Assembly (NCBI RefSeq): GCF_001194135.2
Contig: NC_068984.1
Coordinates: forward strand, 87,408,525 to 87,472,524
DNA length: 64,000 nucleotides
Direction: 5' to 3'
From: Octopus bimaculoides
Lineage: Eukaryota
In this document: positions 60,025-64,000 of the stretch, in pieces
How the letters are laid out: every line of letters starts with the position of its first letter
Numbering within the stretch: position 1 is the stretch's first letter
The notes under the pieces: generated by a model
Told to the model about the DNA's origin: nothing
Databases searched by the model: none
What the model saw: the letters and a program-made list of their open reading frames with translations, nothing else
Position numbers and translations under genes: made by a program

Positions 60025-63000
60025 TCTATAACTATAAAAGATTGTTTGTATGTGTGTGTGTGCGTATGTTCCTTATGCATTCCAAAACCAAGTTGCCAAT
60101 TTTGATGTAAGGGGTATCAAAAGATTCAGTAAACTTTTACCTAACAACTAAACTATATTTTCATTTACATATTTGCATTACAGAAATTTAATATTATCAT
60201 TTTTCTTTTAGTCACCTATCATAAACAACATTTTACATCACCACCACAATGACGATGATGTCACATTTTCTATATGAGTGTGTTCACATGTTTGTTACCT
60301 ACATTAGGCCGATGACTGACAAGTTTATGTGTGTTACGGTGTATGTGTCTGTCAGTATACACACATTTTTGTGATGACTGACACACATCTAAACACAGAC
60401 TTCAGGTGTGCGTTAATGTATATGTGTATGTGTGTGTGTGTCTTACTTTATGCATGTAACTCCCCACCCCCAACAGTGAAACACGCCGATATTGAAAGTT
60501 TACTTGTGGCCTCATTTTCAGACAAACAACAGCGTTCACTTTCAAGTACTACCAACATGAAGATTTGGCTGATTTAACACCATTCACAATACTCAAAAAT
60601 ATATCTGGAAAAAAAATATTATGCTGGTTATTTTAACAAATTCGGAAACTTAGCAAAGTAGAAAGCCTCAGTGGTTCTTTCAATATAATTACAGAAATGT
60701 TATTCTACTCCTTCTAACCAGTTTCAAAATAATGTTTTTTTAACACTCCTTGTATTCTTCATCACTGTGAGTATCAACATTGCACACCCTTTTTACTGCG
60801 TTACTCAGTATTTATTCTACAGCCTATAGTGTTACACAGTTCAAAAACAGCATCTTCCTTTTTATTCACTTTGATCAGCATTTGTTTCAAAAAATTATTT
60901 TTGTATGAAAAATTGAATTATGCCTTCTAAATTTTCTTGAACTTTCACTTTCTTCACCGTGATATTCAATTGTGAATTTTATAACATTTAGTACATGTTC
61001 CAAATAAATGTTGACTTTCTGTACTTTCTTACATTGGTGACGCATACTAACTTTTGCTAAATTGGTGACTTTCCATTTTTTAATAGCATAACTATGCCAC
61101 AGAAAGTATGCTTTGCACCTATATTGACTACATTTCATTTCGCTTGAACTTCATGTGTGTACATTTTGTTGTTTTCAATATTATCAATTTTATGAGTGTG
61201 TGTGCTTCTGTGTTACATCTATAGTAAAGAACATTTTACGCTGTTTTAATGAGCCCACATTTAATGAAGTAGCCATCCTTATGGTCGGTGATCCCATTGA
61301 AAATCATGATATTCTCATTCTTAAACATATTTCACAGATCCATCCCTCTTATAATGCTCTCCAGTATAATCTTATTCTGTTGAATGGACAAGATGGGTAT
61401 TATTTCAATATTCTTGGATTGAGCCTGCTACAGGAAAGCCAATTACAAACTAAAGGGTGTTGCCAAATGACTTCTATTCTTACGAACTGATATTAAGACC
61501 AGAACAATCAAATCCTTTCTACTAAAGGCACAAGGTCTGAAATTTCGGGGGAGGGGACCAGTTGATTACATCGACCCCAGTGTCTCACTGATACTTGATT
61601 TATCGAACCCGAAAGGATGAAAGGCAAAGTTGACCCCAGTGGCATTTGAACTCTGAACATAAAGACAGATGAAATATTGGCATGCTAATGATTCTGCTAG
61701 CACATCGCCTTCCAGAACAATCAAATCAATTACACATGTCAAATAAACTTCATTTTCATTTACATATTTTCTACATTACCTCAATAACCAGCTATAGTTA
61801 TTTCAAATACACTTCTCTACAATGACCATTACAAAATGAAAATAGTTTCACACTTTCAATTTGAGCCAAAATTACAAAGTGTTGCATTACAAGAGTGATG
61901 AAGTGTGAATAATGAAAGTAATGTTTCTCCAAATTAGTCACATTTGTATCATAATAAAGAAAGCTGCTTATTATCTATCTACCAAATAAACTATGTTTTT
62001 GATTCAACAATTCTTTCTTACAACTAAAATAATCTTGGCAACTAGGTTGGGTCACACAATTTTGGGGTCATTTTTAGACAATATTTTGATTTGCTTCTAA
62101 TGTATCACTTTCATCTGATGTTTCACACATGCATAGAATTCTACTCAGACAAACATTTATGAAAATGTACACTTATTGTATTAAAATGAGCCACCACCCA
62201 AAAAATTGCATTAAAAGAAATCCAGTTTTCTATATGTTATGAGGAAATACCCCCCCTCTCTTTCTCTCTCATGCACAAAAAAGATGTATGCATATGTATT
62301 TATGGGCAAAGGTCAAGAATACACACTTACGGTGTATATGTACGTGTATATGAAAGATAACGTGTGTGTGAGAGAGAGCACGTGAGTGCCACTTGCACAT
62401 ACATGCAAAAAATTTCATACATCACAATACACACCTTCACTCACTCTCTCTTTTTTACACACACACGTCCATTTCATATGCATGTACATCTTACACTTTA
62501 TCATCTCTTTCAATTTCTCCTTTCTTCAAATCATACAGAAATTAAAAGAATTTTATGGAAATTAACAAGCAGTCATATGATCCCATTTATGTCTAGTTGA
62601 CAACTTTGCTTCTTCAAATGAAAGAATGCCATAGAATAACTTCCTTTCACACACACACACACTAGGTAAAACTTCTGTGCGAATTATGTTTTTTCTTGCA
62701 GTGTGCACAAGCAAATTTACAGCTCAAACCCAATTGAAATGATCTTTTTCTATCGTGTAATGTGTGTTTGTGATGAGCGTATTTAAAAACCTGATCTTCG
62801 AGATAAACTTAGAAGGAAGTTTTCCCAGAAATCCTATCCTTTATCTCTTCTTGTTAGCATGTCAGAGGTGACATTTCTGCCCCCATCCCTTACTTTTTTT
62901 TCCTAAATTTCTTTCGATTCCCATGTTTGCAATGCAGGAGATTAGGATTTCACCCACAAAACACATTCTCAATATTTTAATTTTCTCTCTCTCCACACCA

Positions 63001-63751
63001 AATTCATCTTTTACTTTTTCAAATTTTTATTCTTGGTAATCCATGGAAAAAAAAACAGAGACTACAAATCTCTCAGAATGTTACCCATCACCTCACTACT
63101 TTCAAAAAGCTACATACTCCCAATGTTACACTTTTAGCTTTTTGGAAAGCAAGGAAATTTCTTCAGAAATAATGTTGTTTGCCTGTTGTTTCTAGCATGT
63201 TGGATTTTTTTGTTGGTGGTCTGGTATTTTTTAAGTCTACTATTTCAGTAAAATTCTATGCATATGGGAAACATCAGACAAAAGTAAAAGATTGGGAGAT
63301 TTTAGTTTTTGAAAGCTGGTAGGTGATGGGTGAGCAAGAGTGTTTCTTTAACAAAAATTAAACTTTAAAAATATATATATATTTCCCAGATTTGTAATCT
63401 CTGTATGTAGATAACAAAAAAAAAAAAAAAATTGAAAAAGTTACAAGTTAAGGAATTGTGTTGGGGATAGAGGGAAATTTAAATTTTGAAAACGTAATTT
63501 CTGGACAAAATCATATAAACCCCCTTTTATACGATGAAACAATACATAAATTCTGATCATTCTTAATAACAGAAAGCACTTTCATGCAAACCCTTGCAAA
63601 CTGTACCCTCACCCTACACTATTAAATAAAAAATAACTTCCATTATTGAATTAACTATATATTAGCTGTGCCGATTCTGCCCATAAAAAAGAAGCAAATA
63701 CAATGTGCTTGTAGGGCGTAACACCCTAGCAATGCCGGGGTGCATTGCTAT
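60025..63751 (+). mobile_element. Putative Helitron relic: TC 5' end, Rep-domain remnant (~61230-61790, interrupted by a SINE), 3' hairpin/CTAG-like end
   Basis: A|TCTATAACTATAAAAG..TGTGTG at 60025; LRCFNEPTFNEVAILMVGD..HPSYNALQY..NGQDGY..FYSYELILR (Helitron Rep); GCAATGCCGGGGTGCATTGCTAT at 63729-63751. The Rep call is firm; linking both termini to one element is inferred. Confidence 0.55.
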
Positions 63752-63786
63752 TATGTATGTATGTATGTATGTATATATATATATAT

Positions 63787-64000
63787 ATCATCATCATCGT
63801 TTAACGTCCGCTTTCCATGCTAGCATGGGTTGGACGACTTGACTGAGGACTGGTGAAACCGGATGGCAACACCAGGCTCCAATCTAAATTTGGCAGAGTT
63901 TCTACAGCTGGATGCCCTTCCTAACGCCAACCACTCAGAGAGTGTAGTAGGTGCTTTTACGTGTCACCTGCACGAAGGCCAGTCAGGCGATACTGGCAAC
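63787..64000 (-). mobile_element. Young RTE family A 3' end, continuing beyond the window
   Basis: Near-identical to the copies at 2470 and 25097. Confidence 0.88.

Overview
This is animal (eukaryotic) genomic DNA: AT-rich, repeat-dense, with 5 assembly gaps. From the SINE, RTE and MITE families I infer an octopus or related coleoid cephalopod. The window is dominated by one gene, CDC45 (replicative CMG helicase cofactor), on the + strand. I spliced 17 coding exons by hand (4297-57090, 1632 nt, one open frame, 543 aa plus stop). The first coding exon was not found and probably lies upstream. One intron uses a non-canonical GC donor (27569). The introns and 3' flank carry two diverged RTE-type LINE families whose ORF has a PHD-like finger after the RT, CR1/L2- and Tx1/L1-like fragments, Penelope-like fragments, four tRNA-derived SINE families, a 1.3-kb mariner with intact TIRs, mariner and piggyBac-type MITEs, a hAT (Charlie/Buster-like) relic and two Helitron-derived elements. 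The most unexpected signal is a well-formed minimal type I hammerhead ribozyme fold (31116-31155). It lies in a ~110-bp element inside a (TA)n tract, in sense orientation within the GC-AG intron of CDC45. A second, more divergent hammerhead-like element with similar architecture lies at about 6938-7080 on the minus strand. Other notable items are a three-level nested DNA-transposon structure with a TTAGGG tract (5298-6662) and a compact antisense promoter-like repeat next to exon 11 (41330-41760). Repeat boundaries are approximate and family names come from motif recognition, not database searches.
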